From an uncultured Desulfospira sp. (GTDB taxonomy: Bacteria > Desulfobacterota > Desulfobacteria > Desulfobacterales > Desulfobacteraceae), in the NCBI GenBank assembly GCA_963663165.1, contig OY760175.1, positions 3,008,001-3,072,000 of the forward strand: DNA of 64,000 bases. The letters are read 5' to 3'. The position numbers were made by a program, and so were the translations under genes. The stretch's first letter is position 1; every line of letters starts with the position of its first letter. Below the pieces are notes generated by a model. That model had not been told where the DNA came from. It ran no database searches and was given only the letters and a program-made list of their open reading frames with translations. Positions 19,297-29,753 of this stretch are shown here, in pieces.

Positions 19297-22200
19297 ATGA
19301 AACCCTTCCAACTGCTTATCCTCATCCTTTTGGTCTGCCTGCTGCCGATGCCGGCATCTGCCGGTGAATTTGAAGCCCTGTTCGCAGGCCAGCAAACCGT
19401 GGATGGCGAAAATACCATTGCCGTTACGTTTTCCGATCCTGTGGACGGCAGGCAGAACCTGTCCGCCTTTCTGGGCATCAGAACAGAGGAGAACGAACCC
19501 GTTAAAGGGGCATGGGTCCTGACCGAAGATTCCCAGGTGGCCTATTTCTCAGGCATTGAACCAGACACGGCCTACAAAATCAGGGTCATGCCCGGGCTCA
19601 AATCCGAAACCGGCCATTCCCTGGGAAAGGAATACACCTACAAAATCAGGACCCGGGAGGCCGACCCCATGATCTCCTTTGGGTCCACGGGGTTTGTCCT
19701 GGCCTCGGAACTGACTTCCGGCCTGCCGGTGAACAGCCTGAATATCCCCCAGGCCGATATTGACTTTTTCAGGGTCAAACCCGGCAAAACCGCAAAGTTT
19801 CTGGACACCTTCCGGTCTTACAACCGGATCGGGTGCTATGACAGCAAAGACCTCAACCGGCTGGCCGATCTGGTGTATACGGGGCGGTGGCAGTTTGATA
19901 TCAAAAAGAACCTGCGCACCCAGGTCAACCTGCCCATCACCCATATCCAGGAGTTGAAACCCTGCGGGATTTACTTTGCGGTCCTGCGGGGGGCCGGCCA
20001 TTATGAATACGAACACAGTACGGCCTGGTTCACCATCTCGGACTTAGGGCTCCATGCCAGGGTGTACAGCCAGAGCCTGGTCTTCCATGCCCAGAGCCTT
20101 AAAACTGCGGATCCCCTGGCAACTGTCACGGTTAAGGGCGTTGATGAAAAGGGAAACCGTCTGTTCTCGGGCACCACGGATGACCAGGGGCGGCTGGCCA
20201 TCAAAGGCCGGTTTGACGGCCTTTCCCTGGTGACCGCATTCCGCGGTGACCATATTACCTTGCTGCCCATGAATGTCCCGGCCCTGGACCTGTCCGAATT
20301 TGCCATGGGAAAAGATGCATTCCGGCCGGTGGAGCTGTTTGTCTACGGCCCCAGGAATATTTACCGTCCCGGCGAAACCGTTGTCATGGACGGCATTTTA
20401 AGGGACCAGGACGGCGGTCCCACACTGGCGGTTCCCATCAAGGCAAAGGTGATACAGCCCGACGGCAAGATGATCCGGGAGTTTACCTGGAAGCCCGGGG
20501 CCGGCAACCATTTTTTCACCCGTTTTTCCCTGCCGGGAAACGCCCTGACCGGCAATTGGAAGGTTGAGTTTTCCAACGGCACCGGGGAACTGTCCCCATA
20601 CCTGTTTCTGGTGTCTGAATTTCTGCCCGAACGGATCAAGCTTGAACTTGAAGACAGCCAGGACAAAATCCTGTCCCCGAAATCGGATTTTAACATTAAA
20701 CTGCAGGGCGATTTCTTATACGGCGCCCCTGCCGCAGGAACCGAAGCCGATGCCATGATCCATGTCAAACCGGCCCGGGAACTGTTTAAAGACCAGTGGC
20801 CCGATGTGGAGTTCGGCAGTTTGAAAGACCTGATCAATACCTCCTACAGCACGGATCAGATCACCCTGGACGGCCAGGGACAGGGCACCATCTCCGTGGA
20901 AAAGGAATGGGCGGATGTCACCTCTCCCCACTGGGTCACCGCCAATGTCAGCCTGTACGATTCCGGGGGGCGGCCCGTTGTCCGGAACATTTCAAGACAG
21001 ATCTGGCCTGGGGACATGCTAACGGGGATCCGGAACCTCACCCCCTTAAAAGACGAAGCCCACCGGGTGCCCTATGATTCAACGGCCGAGTTTGAGGTGA
21101 TCCTGGTGGACAAACAAGGCACCCTTCAGCCGGCAAAAGGCCTGAAAGCAACCGTTATCCGGGAACACAGAGAATATTACTGGGAATACAAAAACGAAGA
21201 CTGGCACTGGGGATACACCAGCCAGCACTACCCCGTTGACCGGTTTTCTTTTGACATCGACCAGGACAGCAGGGGGAAGGTCAGCTTTCCGGTGCAGTGG
21301 GGGGGATACCGCCTGGAGATTTTAAACCCGGCCACGGGCCTGACCACAACCTATGCCGTCCGGGCCGGGTGGGACCCGGACCCGGAAGCCCGGGAAGGCA
21401 ATAACCGGCCGGACCGGGTGGACCTGATCCTGGACAAGCCCGCCTACTTGCCCGGGGACACGGCAAAGGTCACGGTAAAACCGCCCCGGGGCGGCAAAGG
21501 CTGGCTGTTTGTTGACGGGGACCAGAACCTGCTCACCCTTCCCATTGAGATCCCGGAACAGGGCAAAACGGTTGAATTTACCGTTGACCCGTCCTGGAAC
21601 CGGCATGACCTTTATGTGTCGGCCCTGATCATCCGGCAGGCGGAACCTGACGCCGGGGACAAGGCAGACAAACTGCCCAAGCGAAGCCTGGGACTGATCC
21701 CCCTGCCCCTTGACCGGAGTTCAAGACAGCTGGTTGTGGACATCAAGGCCCCGGACAAAATCGAACCCAACCAGACCGTTGAGGTCACGGTGAACCTTGG
21801 CAACACCAACGGCGAAAAAGCCCTGGTGACCCTGGCGGCCGTGGATGTGGGCATCCTTAACCTGACACAGTTTGAAACCCCTTGCGCCTTTGACTATTTT
21901 TTCAGGACAAGGACTTACGAGACAGAGCTGTTTGATATTTATCAGAAACTCATTGAACCCAATGACGGGGCCTATGGCCGCCACAGGTTCGGCGGGGACG
22001 CCCCAAGCCTTACCCGGGGCGGGGACCGGCCGTCCACGGATGTCCAGATTGTGGCCCTGCACTGCCAGGCCATGGAAACCGATGACCGGGGCAATGCAAG
22101 GTTTACCCTGGACCTTCCGGATTTTAACGGCACCCTGCGCCTCATGGCCGTGGCCCATACAGCCAACGGGTTCGGTTCCGGGGACAAGGAGATGATCCTG

Positions 22201-24204
22201 GCCTCGCCCTTAGTGGTTCAGGCCACCATGCCGCGGTTCCTTTCCACCGGCGACAAGGCCTTCCTCATGCTGGACCTGCACAACCTGACCGATACGGCCC
22301 AGCACCTGACCCTTAATGCTCAGATTTTCGGCCCGGTCTCCTTTGACGGCGAAACGATGTCCCAAACCATCGCCCTTGAACCATCCGGAAAATCCGTACG
22401 CCAACTGCCCATGACCGCCGGGACCCAGTCCGGCCGGGCAAATATTACATGCACCATAAAAGGAATCCAACACCAGGGCAAAACCCGGGACCTGACCAAA
22501 AAATGGTTTATAGAAACAAGGTCTCCCTATCCGCCCTTAACCCAAAGATGGGCCAGACAGCTGGCCCCGGGTGAAACCTTAGCGTTGGCTGACGCCGACC
22601 TGGAAGCCCTTGTTTCCGAAACCATCGGGGTCAAGGCCTGCCTGGACGCCCAGCCGCCCATCAACCTTTCCGACCACATTGCCAGCCTCATGGCATATCC
22701 TTACGGCTGCCTGGAACAGACCGTGTCCGGGCTGTTTGCCCATGTGCTGCTCTCAGGTGAACAGTTTGACCGGCTGGGCGTGGCCACCTCAGGCCCTGAG
22801 GAAACCACAAAGAAAATCAACCTGGGCATCCAGGGGCTCATGGAAAAACAGAAAAGCACGGGCGGATTCGGGCTGTGGGACAGCAACAGCCATGAAGAGG
22901 CCTGGCTGACCGCCTATACGGCCCATTTTCTGATCAACGCGGCCGATGCCGGATTCCAGGTGCCGGATACCGTTTTGGAAGACGCGGTCAAGCGGCTGGC
23001 CACCTACGTGCGCAAACCCCGCCGAATCCCGACCCCCTCCTGGGTAGACAGGAATGCCTTCAGGGCACAGGTCTGTGCCTATTCCGCCTTTGTCCTGGCC
23101 CGGGTCCAGGCCTTAGGGCTCGGGGATGCCAGAACGGTCCTGGCCTATGCCCAAAAATATGGGGGCACCCCCCTGGCCCTGGTCCAGGCCGGCGCTGCCC
23201 TGTCCCTGGCCGGGGATTTTCCCGGGGCGGCCAAGGCCTTTGACCTGGCCCTGAAAACCGACCGGGATACCCGAAACTATCACGGCGATTACGGTTCTGA
23301 AGTCCGGGACAGGGCTGCTGCCTATTATTATATTGCCACCTGGTCCCCCCAGTACGAGGACAAGGGCAGCTTTCTCATTGAACTGAACACGGCCATCCAA
23401 GACCGCCAATGGCTGTCCACCCAGGAGCGAAACGCCCTGGTCATGGCCGGCGCGGCAAGGCTCAACGCCACGGGGACACCCTGGCAGGCCGGTGTGACGG
23501 TCAGCGGCAAATCCGAAACCCGCAGCGGCGATCAGCCCGGCCAGGTCATTTTTACCCGGGGGACAGCGGCCAAAGGCTTTGCGGTTGAAAACAAGGGCAG
23601 CGATAACCTGTACGTGGACCTGGTCCTCACCGGATATCCCCGGACCGCACCAGCGCCTTCGGCATCCGTGGTCTGCATCTCCCGCAGGTTCCTGGATCCC
23701 CGGGGAAAGCCCATGGATATCACCCGGGTCCGGTCCGGGGACCGGATTATTGTGGAACTGTCCGTCAAAACGGATAAACGGCTGCCCCATGCCCTGGTGG
23801 TGGATATGGTGCCGGCGGGCATTGAACTGGAAGATCCCCATGTATCCGGCGCCTTTATCATTGACGGCATTGACGTGGACGGCGAACTCATAGAAGACTG
23901 GCATCACCAATACCACCGCTTCCATGACGAATACAGGGACGACCGGTTTGTGGCGGCCATGGATTTAAAACCCGGACAGGCCCGCCGCATTTTTTACGGG
24001 GCCCGGGTGGTCAGCCCGGGTCTGTTCAAGGTGCCGCCTTCCCTTGTGGAAGACATGTACCGGCCCTATATCCGGAGTGTCGGCAACACGGTGGATGAAA
24101 TGGAAGTGGTCAAGAGACAAGATACCGGAAACAAGAAACAAGACGTCGAGGACACGGCACCAGAAAACGGTGCGGCTGAGAAAACGGGCGGTGCTGATTC
24201 ATAG
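19297..24204 (+). CDS. Bacterial alpha-2-macroglobulin (YfhM family)
   Basis: YRPGE, EFLPER, RFGGD bait-region flank, thioester YPYGCLEQT, WLSTQE, EYRDDRFV, VEDMYRP. Start at ATG 19297 after AAAGGA gives a Sec signal peptide. Confidence 0.95.
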   Translation: MKPFQLLILILLVCLLPMPASAGEFEALFAGQQTVDGENTIAVTFSDPVDGRQNLSAFLGIRTEENEPVKGAWVLTEDSQVAYFSGIEPDTAYKIRVMPGLKSETGHSLGKEYTYKIRTREADPMISFGSTGFVLASELTSGLPVNSLNIPQADIDFFRVKPGKTAKFLDTFRSYNRIGCYDSKDLNRLADLVYTGRWQFDIKKNLRTQVNLPITHIQELKPCGIYFAVLRGAGHYEYEHSTAWFTISDLGLHARVYSQSLVFHAQSLKTADPLATVTVKGVDEKGNRLFSGTTDDQGRLAIKGRFDGLSLVTAFRGDHITLLPMNVPALDLSEFAMGKDAFRPVELFVYGPRNIYRPGETVVMDGILRDQDGGPTLAVPIKAKVIQPDGKMIREFTWKPGAGNHFFTRFSLPGNALTGNWKVEFSNGTGELSPYLFLVSEFLPERIKLELEDSQDKILSPKSDFNIKLQGDFLYGAPAAGTEADAMIHVKPARELFKDQWPDVEFGSLKDLINTSYSTDQITLDGQGQGTISVEKEWADVTSPHWVTANVSLYDSGGRPVVRNISRQIWPGDMLTGIRNLTPLKDEAHRVPYDSTAEFEVILVDKQGTLQPAKGLKATVIREHREYYWEYKNEDWHWGYTSQHYPVDRFSFDIDQDSRGKVSFPVQWGGYRLEILNPATGLTTTYAVRAGWDPDPEAREGNNRPDRVDLILDKPAYLPGDTAKVTVKPPRGGKGWLFVDGDQNLLTLPIEIPEQGKTVEFTVDPSWNRHDLYVSALIIRQAEPDAGDKADKLPKRSLGLIPLPLDRSSRQLVVDIKAPDKIEPNQTVEVTVNLGNTNGEKALVTLAAVDVGILNLTQFETPCAFDYFFRTRTYETELFDIYQKLIEPNDGAYGRHRFGGDAPSLTRGGDRPSTDVQIVALHCQAMETDDRGNARFTLDLPDFNGTLRLMAVAHTANGFGSGDKEMILASPLVVQATMPRFLSTGDKAFLMLDLHNLTDTAQHLTLNAQIFGPVSFDGETMSQTIALEPSGKSVRQLPMTAGTQSGRANITCTIKGIQHQGKTRDLTKKWFIETRSPYPPLTQRWARQLAPGETLALADADLEALVSETIGVKACLDAQPPINLSDHIASLMAYPYGCLEQTVSGLFAHVLLSGEQFDRLGVATSGPEETTKKINLGIQGLMEKQKSTGGFGLWDSNSHEEAWLTAYTAHFLINAADAGFQVPDTVLEDAVKRLATYVRKPRRIPTPSWVDRNAFRAQVCAYSAFVLARVQALGLGDARTVLAYAQKYGGTPLALVQAGAALSLAGDFPGAAKAFDLALKTDRDTRNYHGDYGSEVRDRAAAYYYIATWSPQYEDKGSFLIELNTAIQDRQWLSTQERNALVMAGAARLNATGTPWQAGVTVSGKSETRSGDQPGQVIFTRGTAAKGFAVENKGSDNLYVDLVLTGYPRTAPAPSASVVCISRRFLDPRGKPMDITRVRSGDRIIVELSVKTDKRLPHALVVDMVPAGIELEDPHVSGAFIIDGIDVDGELIEDWHHQYHRFHDEYRDDRFVAAMDLKPGQARRIFYGARVVSPGLFKVPPSLVEDMYRPYIRSVGNTVDEMEVVKRQDTGNKKQDVEDTAPENGAAEKTGGADS

Positions 24205-24205
24205 A

Positions 24206-26527
24206 ATGGGCCGGATCAAGGCCATTGGGTTTGGCCTTGGCCTGGTTCTCATCCTTGGGGGAATGGCCGGGGTGGTGCTGGATCGGCTGTTTCCCCTGGA
24301 TCTGTCGGGACGGCCTGTGGCCACCGTGGTGACGGACCGCAACGGCATGCCCCTGCGGATCTTTGCCGACCACCGGGGGATCTGGCGGTTTCCGGCCGTG
24401 CCGTCACAGGTATCGCCCCTCTACCTTGAGGCCCTGCTGGCTTATGAGGATCGGTATTTCTATTATCATCCCGGCGTCAACCCCCTTTCCATGGCCCGGG
24501 CCCTGGTCCAGAACCTGACCAGAGGACAGGTGGTCTCGGGGGGGTCCACCCTGACCATGCAGGTGGCCAGAATCCTGGACAACGATTTAAAAGACGGACA
24601 GGAACGGCTTTGGATAAAATTTATCCAGGTACTCAGGGCCTTCCAGTTGGAATGCCACTGCTCCAAGGATGAGATCCTGGGTCTTTATCTGACCCTGGCC
24701 CCTTTTGGTGCCAATATCGAGGGGGTCCGGGCGGCAGCCTTAACCTGGCTGGGCAAGGATGCCGATAACTTGAGCCACGCCGAAGCCGCCTTGCTGGCAG
24801 TCCTGCCCCAGGCCCCGTCCCGGTACCGGCCGGACCGGCATCCGGATCTCGCCCAAAAAGCCAGAAACAAAGTTCTGGAGCGGCTAAACCGCTTTGGTGT
24901 CTGGTCTGGCCAGGACATTGCCGCGGCCAGGCAGGAGCCGGTCCTGCCGTTCCGGTTTCCCAACCCGGTATCCGCCCCCCTGGCGGCCCGGCGGCTGAAA
25001 AACAAATTTCCGGTAAAACGGGTGATCCCCACCTTCCTGGATCAGGAATTTCAGCTTCATGTGGAAGATATTTTAAAAAACAGCATGGCGGCCATGCCCC
25101 CGAAACAGTCCGGGGCGGTTCTGGTGGTCAACCATAAAACCTTGGGAGTACGGGCCTATGCCGGATCCGCCGACTTTTTTGATACCCGTCGCCTGGGCCA
25201 TGTGGACATGGTCAGGGCCTTCAGGTCTCCCGGATCCACCCTTAAACCCTTTGTATACGGACTGGCCATAGACAAAGGAATTGTCCATTCCCACTCCCTG
25301 CTGCTGGATGTGCCAAGGTTCCAGAAAACCTATGACCCGGGAAATTTCACCCAGGGGTTTGCCGGCCCCGTCACCCTGGAAAGAGCCTTGCAGGATTCCT
25401 TGAACCTGCCGGCGGTCCAGGTGCTTGAAGTCCTGGGGCCGGAAATGTTTCACGGTATTTTGAAAAACGGCGGGGCCCGGTTCAGGTTTGCCGGAAGTCC
25501 CAACCTGTCCATGGCCTTAGGGGGGGTGGGCACATCCCTGGAATCCCTGGTGACCCTGTACACGGCCCTGGCCCGGGAGGGGATCTGCGGCAAACCAAGG
25601 CTGTGCCCCTCAGATCCAGTGGTTGAACGGTACTTGATGAGTCCCGGCACCGCCTGGATCATCCGGCGCATCCTGTCCCGCCCCCTGCCGGGACAGGAAC
25701 AGGCCTCAAGGCTTTCAGGCCGTTTTTCCCTGGCCTGGAAAACCGGGACCAGTTACGGGTTCAGAGATGCCTGGGCCTTGGGGCTCAAAGGCGATTATGT
25801 GGCCGGGGTCTGGGTGGGCCGGCCGGACGGGTCCCCGTCGCCGGGGCAGTACGGCGCGGTCACGGCCCTGCCCCTGCTTTCCCAGGTCATGGAAGGCCTT
25901 GATACCCCTTCGGCCCTGCCGGCCATGCCGGACTCGGTGACCAGGGAAACGGTCTGCTGGCCTTCCGGGCTTGCCGCCGACGCCATTGACGGCAGGGCCA
26001 AGGGGGCCTGTGCCAAAAAATTCAACGCCTGGATCCTGGACCATAAGATTCCGCCAACCCTTACCGGAGAGAATGGGATTGCCGGATCTCTTGTCAAAAC
26101 CATCTGGGTCAACGACAAAGGGGAGCGGGCAAGCCCGGTGTGCGGCGGGATTAAAAAAACAGCCGTGGCCTTCTGGCCCTGGCAGGCCGAGCCCTTTATC
26201 CCCAAGCAGTGGCGGAGGGAAGCCCTCATACCGGAAGATTCCGGGGCGTGTCCGGATTTAGCCCCCATGCGGTTGTCCGGGATAACAATCGTCTCCATCA
26301 CCGACCAGAGCGTGATCACCCGACAGCCCGGGGATCAGGGGCAGATCCGTCTGCCCCTCAGGGCCATGGGCGGCCAGGGAGAACGGCTCTGGTTTTTAAA
26401 CCGAAAACCCGTGGGCAGCCTTACGGCCATTGACATACCGCCCCCGGGCACCTACCAGCTTGCCGTGACGGACGAAACCGGCGCCTGTGATCAGGTCCGT
26501 TTCCGGGTGATCTGCCTGGGGCCTTGA
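24206..26527 (+). CDS. pbpC: Penicillin-binding protein 1C
   Basis: Transglycosylase EDRYFYYHPG, GGSTLTMQVAR; SxxK (STLK), SLN, KTGTS; canonical pairing with alpha-2-macroglobulin. Start uncertain (24191 or 24206). Confidence 0.93.
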   Translation: MGRIKAIGFGLGLVLILGGMAGVVLDRLFPLDLSGRPVATVVTDRNGMPLRIFADHRGIWRFPAVPSQVSPLYLEALLAYEDRYFYYHPGVNPLSMARALVQNLTRGQVVSGGSTLTMQVARILDNDLKDGQERLWIKFIQVLRAFQLECHCSKDEILGLYLTLAPFGANIEGVRAAALTWLGKDADNLSHAEAALLAVLPQAPSRYRPDRHPDLAQKARNKVLERLNRFGVWSGQDIAAARQEPVLPFRFPNPVSAPLAARRLKNKFPVKRVIPTFLDQEFQLHVEDILKNSMAAMPPKQSGAVLVVNHKTLGVRAYAGSADFFDTRRLGHVDMVRAFRSPGSTLKPFVYGLAIDKGIVHSHSLLLDVPRFQKTYDPGNFTQGFAGPVTLERALQDSLNLPAVQVLEVLGPEMFHGILKNGGARFRFAGSPNLSMALGGVGTSLESLVTLYTALAREGICGKPRLCPSDPVVERYLMSPGTAWIIRRILSRPLPGQEQASRLSGRFSLAWKTGTSYGFRDAWALGLKGDYVAGVWVGRPDGSPSPGQYGAVTALPLLSQVMEGLDTPSALPAMPDSVTRETVCWPSGLAADAIDGRAKGACAKKFNAWILDHKIPPTLTGENGIAGSLVKTIWVNDKGERASPVCGGIKKTAVAFWPWQAEPFIPKQWRREALIPEDSGACPDLAPMRLSGITIVSITDQSVITRQPGDQGQIRLPLRAMGGQGERLWFLNRKPVGSLTAIDIPPPGTYQLAVTDETGACDQVRFRVICLGP

Positions 26528-27010
26528 TCAGGACCCGGCAATGGGGGCCACAAATTGTGATTCCGAATCCCAGGGAAAAAGAATCCAGGTATCCTGGCCC
26601 ACTTCGGTGACATAGGCGTCCACCATGGGTTTTCCGGCAGGCTTGGCATATACGGTGGCAAAATAAGCTTTGGGCAGCATTTGCCGGACCACTTTGGCGG
26701 TTCCCCCGGTGTCCACCAGATCATCTATGATCAAGAGGTCCTCCCCGGTTCCCCGGATCTCCTTTAAAATGGTAATCTGTCCCTGGTCCTGCCAGTCATA
26801 GCTGGTGATACAGACCGTATCAATGGTGTGGATGTCCAGTTCCCGGGCAATCACGGCGGCCGGGACCAGCCCGCCCCGGGTGATGGCCACGATCCCCTTC
26901 CATTTCCGGTTCATGTCATGAAGCCGCCAGGACAAGGCCCTGGCATCCCTGTGAAGCTGGTCCCAGGAAATGGGATAACTTCTCTTATATCTGTCTGCTT
27001 TGCCGACCAT
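26528..27010 (-). CDS. gpt: Xanthine-guanine phosphoribosyltransferase
   Basis: [12 protein letters not shown] motif [28 protein letters not shown]. Confidence 0.95.
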   Translation of the reverse strand: MVGKADRYKRSYPISWDQLHRDARALSWRLHDMNRKWKGIVAITRGGLVPAAVIARELDIHTIDTVCITSYDWQDQGQITILKEIRGTGEDLLIIDDLVDTGGTAKVVRQMLPKAYFATVYAKPAGKPMVDAYVTEVGQDTWILFPWDSESQFVAPIAGS

Positions 27011-27023
27011 AAGGTTGCCTTTT

Positions 27024-27100
27024 CTAGCTGTTAGCCGTTAGCTTTTAGCGGTTTTTCGATTTCCAGTCTCCCGCCTTCCGGTCTCCGGTTTCCCTTCCTT
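27024..27100 (-). repeat. Heptamer tandem repeats (GCTAAnA family, then GGArACC family) upstream of gpt
   Basis: CTAGCTG-TTAGCCG-TTAGCTT-TTAGCGG (27024-27051), then TTTCCAG-TCTCCCG-CCTTCCG-GTCTCCG-GTTTCCC. Confidence 0.75.
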
Positions 27101-27190
27101 CCGTTTGACTTTTTTCCAGGCTGTTTTAATGTATCTTTCATTAAAAAAAAAGGCTTAAAAAACAACGCCTCACGCCAAGGAACGAAACCA

Positions 27191-27373
27191 TTGGAAGAAA
27201 TCAACGGCAGGTGCCCTGCCTGCAAGGGAAAACTGTTCATTCGCCGGACCTGAACCCGGGTCTATCTTTGCTGCAGGTCCTGCGGCAAAAAATATCCCGA
27301 AGACAAATATAAAGGCCTCATGGACGAGTTTTTAGAAGAACAGCTGGCCAATGTGCCGGTGAACCGGCTCTGA
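27191..27373 (+). CDS. Small dual-CxxC selenoprotein candidate, 60 aa, in-frame UGA at codon 21
   Basis: AAGGA RBS (27177-27181), TTG start; MEEINGRCPACKGKLFIRRT-U-TRVYLCCRSCGKKYPEDKYKGLMDEFLEEQLANVPVNRL. TGA at 27251-27253 is followed by a SECIS-like hairpin. Confidence 0.82.
27251..27299 (+). promoter_or_regulatory. Bacterial SECIS-like stem-loop
   Basis: TTTGCTGCAG (27267-27276), GTC loop, CTGCGGCAAA (27280-27289): 10-bp stem with one GU pair, starting 13 nt after the UGA. The apex GCAGGUC resembles E. coli fdhF SECIS. Confidence 0.75.
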
Positions 27374-27383
27374 CCCGGATATT

Positions 27384-29750
27384 TCATACCCCATCCGGGT
27401 CTAACAGTTTAAGCACTTCTCCAAATTTGTATTTTTCTACCAGCGGTGTGATTTGATGTAACAATTGTGCGGCATGGTCATTCAGTTCATACTGGTTCAT
27501 CTCGTCGATAATGGGCTTGATCAGCTGGGGCCTGCGTTTTTTAACCGCCTCAACCAGCTGTGCGGTCAGGGCATCCTGCCGGGATGGGGAAATGGGGGAT
27601 TTATGATCCCGGTGTAATGCCGGGGTGTTTTTGCCCAGGCCGCTTTCTTTGATCTCATCGACCACCTGCTGCAAGGCGGTTTTGAAAGGGCCGAACTGAG
27701 TAAGGCAAAGCCCGTCTTCAAACAGAACGCTCTGCTCATGAAGGTCCCGGGCACCGATATTGGCGCTTAACCCTTTTATGGTGTGAACAATCCGTTTGGC
27801 CTTATTCCGGTCATGTTGAATATAACCGGGCAGTTTTTGGGCCATCCCGTCATAGTTTTCAGAGAAATCTTTCAGAATTTTCACATATAGATCCGCATCT
27901 CCGGCCATCCGGGCAAGACCTGCCCTGGTGTCAATGGATTTGAATTTTAGAAAGGCCGCCGGTGTTCGGGATTGAGAATCTCCTGATCCGTTTTCGAATG
28001 ACAGGTCGCACTTTTTGGGGATATGGGCCAGAATGGCCTCAAAAAGTTCCTCCGCATCAATGGGCTTGTTGATATGATCATTCATCCCAAACTGCTTGGA
28101 TTTTTCAATATCGCTTTTCATTGCATTGGCGCTGACGGCAATGATGGGAACCGTTGCGTCCGCATCTCTGATCTTCTTTGTGGCGGTATACCCATCCATG
28201 ACCGGCATTTGCAGATCCATGAGAATCATCTCGTATTGGTCCGGATCAGCGGTATAGATGTCAACGGCCTCTTTCCCATTGACGGCTTCGGTAATGATAA
28301 TCCCGCTGTTTTCCAGCATGCCCCGGATGATTTCACGGTTCAGGGCATTGTCTTCAACCAGCAGCACGCGGCTGCCTTTTCTGGTGGAAAGCTGTGTTTG
28401 CAAACAACGGGTTTCGGCCTTGTGTGACAGGGGCCGGACCATGCCGGAGCCAAAACAGCCGGCAATGATATCATACAGAACAGACGGATTCACCGGTTTT
28501 TGCAAATACACATCAAACCCGTATTCCCTGGCCGCCTGTTCTAAAATTTCCTTTTGGCAGGCCGACACCATGATAATGGCCGCCGGCATGGCCGGGCACT
28601 GGTCCTGAAGATCTCCCACCGCCTGAATCCCGTCCGTACCGGGCATATCCCAGTCCATTAAAATCAAATCATATGGATCTTCACAGCCGGTGAGCAGGGC
28701 CTTTGCTTCCTGGGTGTTGCCGGCCACATCGGCATGAATGGACACCTGGCAAAGCATGCCCTTTAAAATCACCTGCCATGACGGGGCACTGTCAACGATG
28801 AGAACCCGTTTGCCTTTAAACTGCTGAACCTGGGGGGTCATGGGCTCAATGTCTTTGAGCCTGATTTCAAAAATAAACCGGCTGCCCCTGCCGGCCTCGC
28901 TTTCCACCCAGATCCGGCCGTCCATCATTTCCACCAAATGTTTGCAGATGGACAGGCCAAGGCCGGTACCGCCATATTGCCGGGTGGTGCTGGTATCGGC
29001 CTGGCTAAAGGACTGAAACAGTCTGGCCTGCTGTTCTTGGGTCAGGCCGATGCCGGTATCGGTGACCTCAAACCGGTACCGGTCTTTGGCCAGTTTTTCA
29101 ACATACACCCCCACCTCACCTGTTTCCGTGAATTTGACGGCATTGTTCACCAGGTTGGTCAGGATCTGGGAAAGCCGCAACGGATCGCCGTGGAACACCA
29201 TGTTGGTGACATTGCCATAGGACACCACAAAATCCAGGTTCTTCTCAGAGGCTGTGGTTTCAATGAGCACGGTCACATCTTCAATAACCTTGTGAAGGTT
29301 AAAGTCGATCTCCTCTAAGTCCAGCCGCCCGGCTTCAATTTTTGAAAGATCCAGGATATCGTTGATAATGCCCAGCAGGGATCTGGCAGAAGAATCAATT
29401 TTGGAAATATAATTCTGCTGCCGGGATGTGGGGCTGGTCTGCTTTAACAGATAGGTCATGCCGGTGATGGCGTTCATGGGGGTCCGGATTTCATGGCTCA
29501 TATTGGCCAGGAACTCGCTTTTGGCCCGGGTGGATGCCGTGGCTTCGGCAATGGCCTTTTCAAGCTCCCGGGTCTTTCTGGCCACGGCATCCTCAAGCAG
29601 GATATTGCTTTCAAACAGGGAATAGGCGTTGCCGGCGGATTTGACGCTTTTTTTGACCCGGTCTTTGAGGGCATCAATGACTTTTTGTGACCGGTCTAAT
29701 TTTTCCTTTAGATCGGCCACCTCTTTGCGTAAATCGTCCTGGTCCGGCAT
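27384..29750 (-). CDS. Hybrid histidine kinase (coiled coil, HisKA, HATPase, REC, REC, HPt); NahK-like partner of FIST/NosP
   Basis: [14 protein letters not shown], two receiver domains, HPt VHTIKG; N-terminal [10 protein letters not shown]...[12 protein letters not shown] coiled coil like that of NosP-associated kinases. Confidence 0.92.
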   Translation of the reverse strand: MPDQDDLRKEVADLKEKLDRSQKVIDALKDRVKKSVKSAGNAYSLFESNILLEDAVARKTRELEKAIAEATASTRAKSEFLANMSHEIRTPMNAITGMTYLLKQTSPTSRQQNYISKIDSSARSLLGIINDILDLSKIEAGRLDLEEIDFNLHKVIEDVTVLIETTASEKNLDFVVSYGNVTNMVFHGDPLRLSQILTNLVNNAVKFTETGEVGVYVEKLAKDRYRFEVTDTGIGLTQEQQARLFQSFSQADTSTTRQYGGTGLGLSICKHLVEMMDGRIWVESEAGRGSRFIFEIRLKDIEPMTPQVQQFKGKRVLIVDSAPSWQVILKGMLCQVSIHADVAGNTQEAKALLTGCEDPYDLILMDWDMPGTDGIQAVGDLQDQCPAMPAAIIMVSACQKEILEQAAREYGFDVYLQKPVNPSVLYDIIAGCFGSGMVRPLSHKAETRCLQTQLSTRKGSRVLLVEDNALNREIIRGMLENSGIIITEAVNGKEAVDIYTADPDQYEMILMDLQMPVMDGYTATKKIRDADATVPIIAVSANAMKSDIEKSKQFGMNDHINKPIDAEELFEAILAHIPKKCDLSFENGSGDSQSRTPAAFLKFKSIDTRAGLARMAGDADLYVKILKDFSENYDGMAQKLPGYIQHDRNKAKRIVHTIKGLSANIGARDLHEQSVLFEDGLCLTQFGPFKTALQQVVDEIKESGLGKNTPALHRDHKSPISPSRQDALTAQLVEAVKKRRPQLIKPIIDEMNQYELNDHAAQLLHQITPLVEKYKFGEVLKLLDPDGV

Positions 29751-29753
29751 GGG

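Noticed and set aside
24044..24205. 54-aa N-terminal extension of PbpC (likewise the track's longer starts at 19195, 32532, 51590, 55129 and 56238)
   Set aside because: They overlap upstream genes or repeats; downstream starts give proper signal/TM N-termini and in most cases have a clear RBS.
27191..27253. Reading the small ORF as a 20-aa peptide or nonsense pseudogene
   Set aside because: The frame continues with the second CxxC and a SECIS-like hairpin lies at the expected distance, so recoding fits better; it is not proven.
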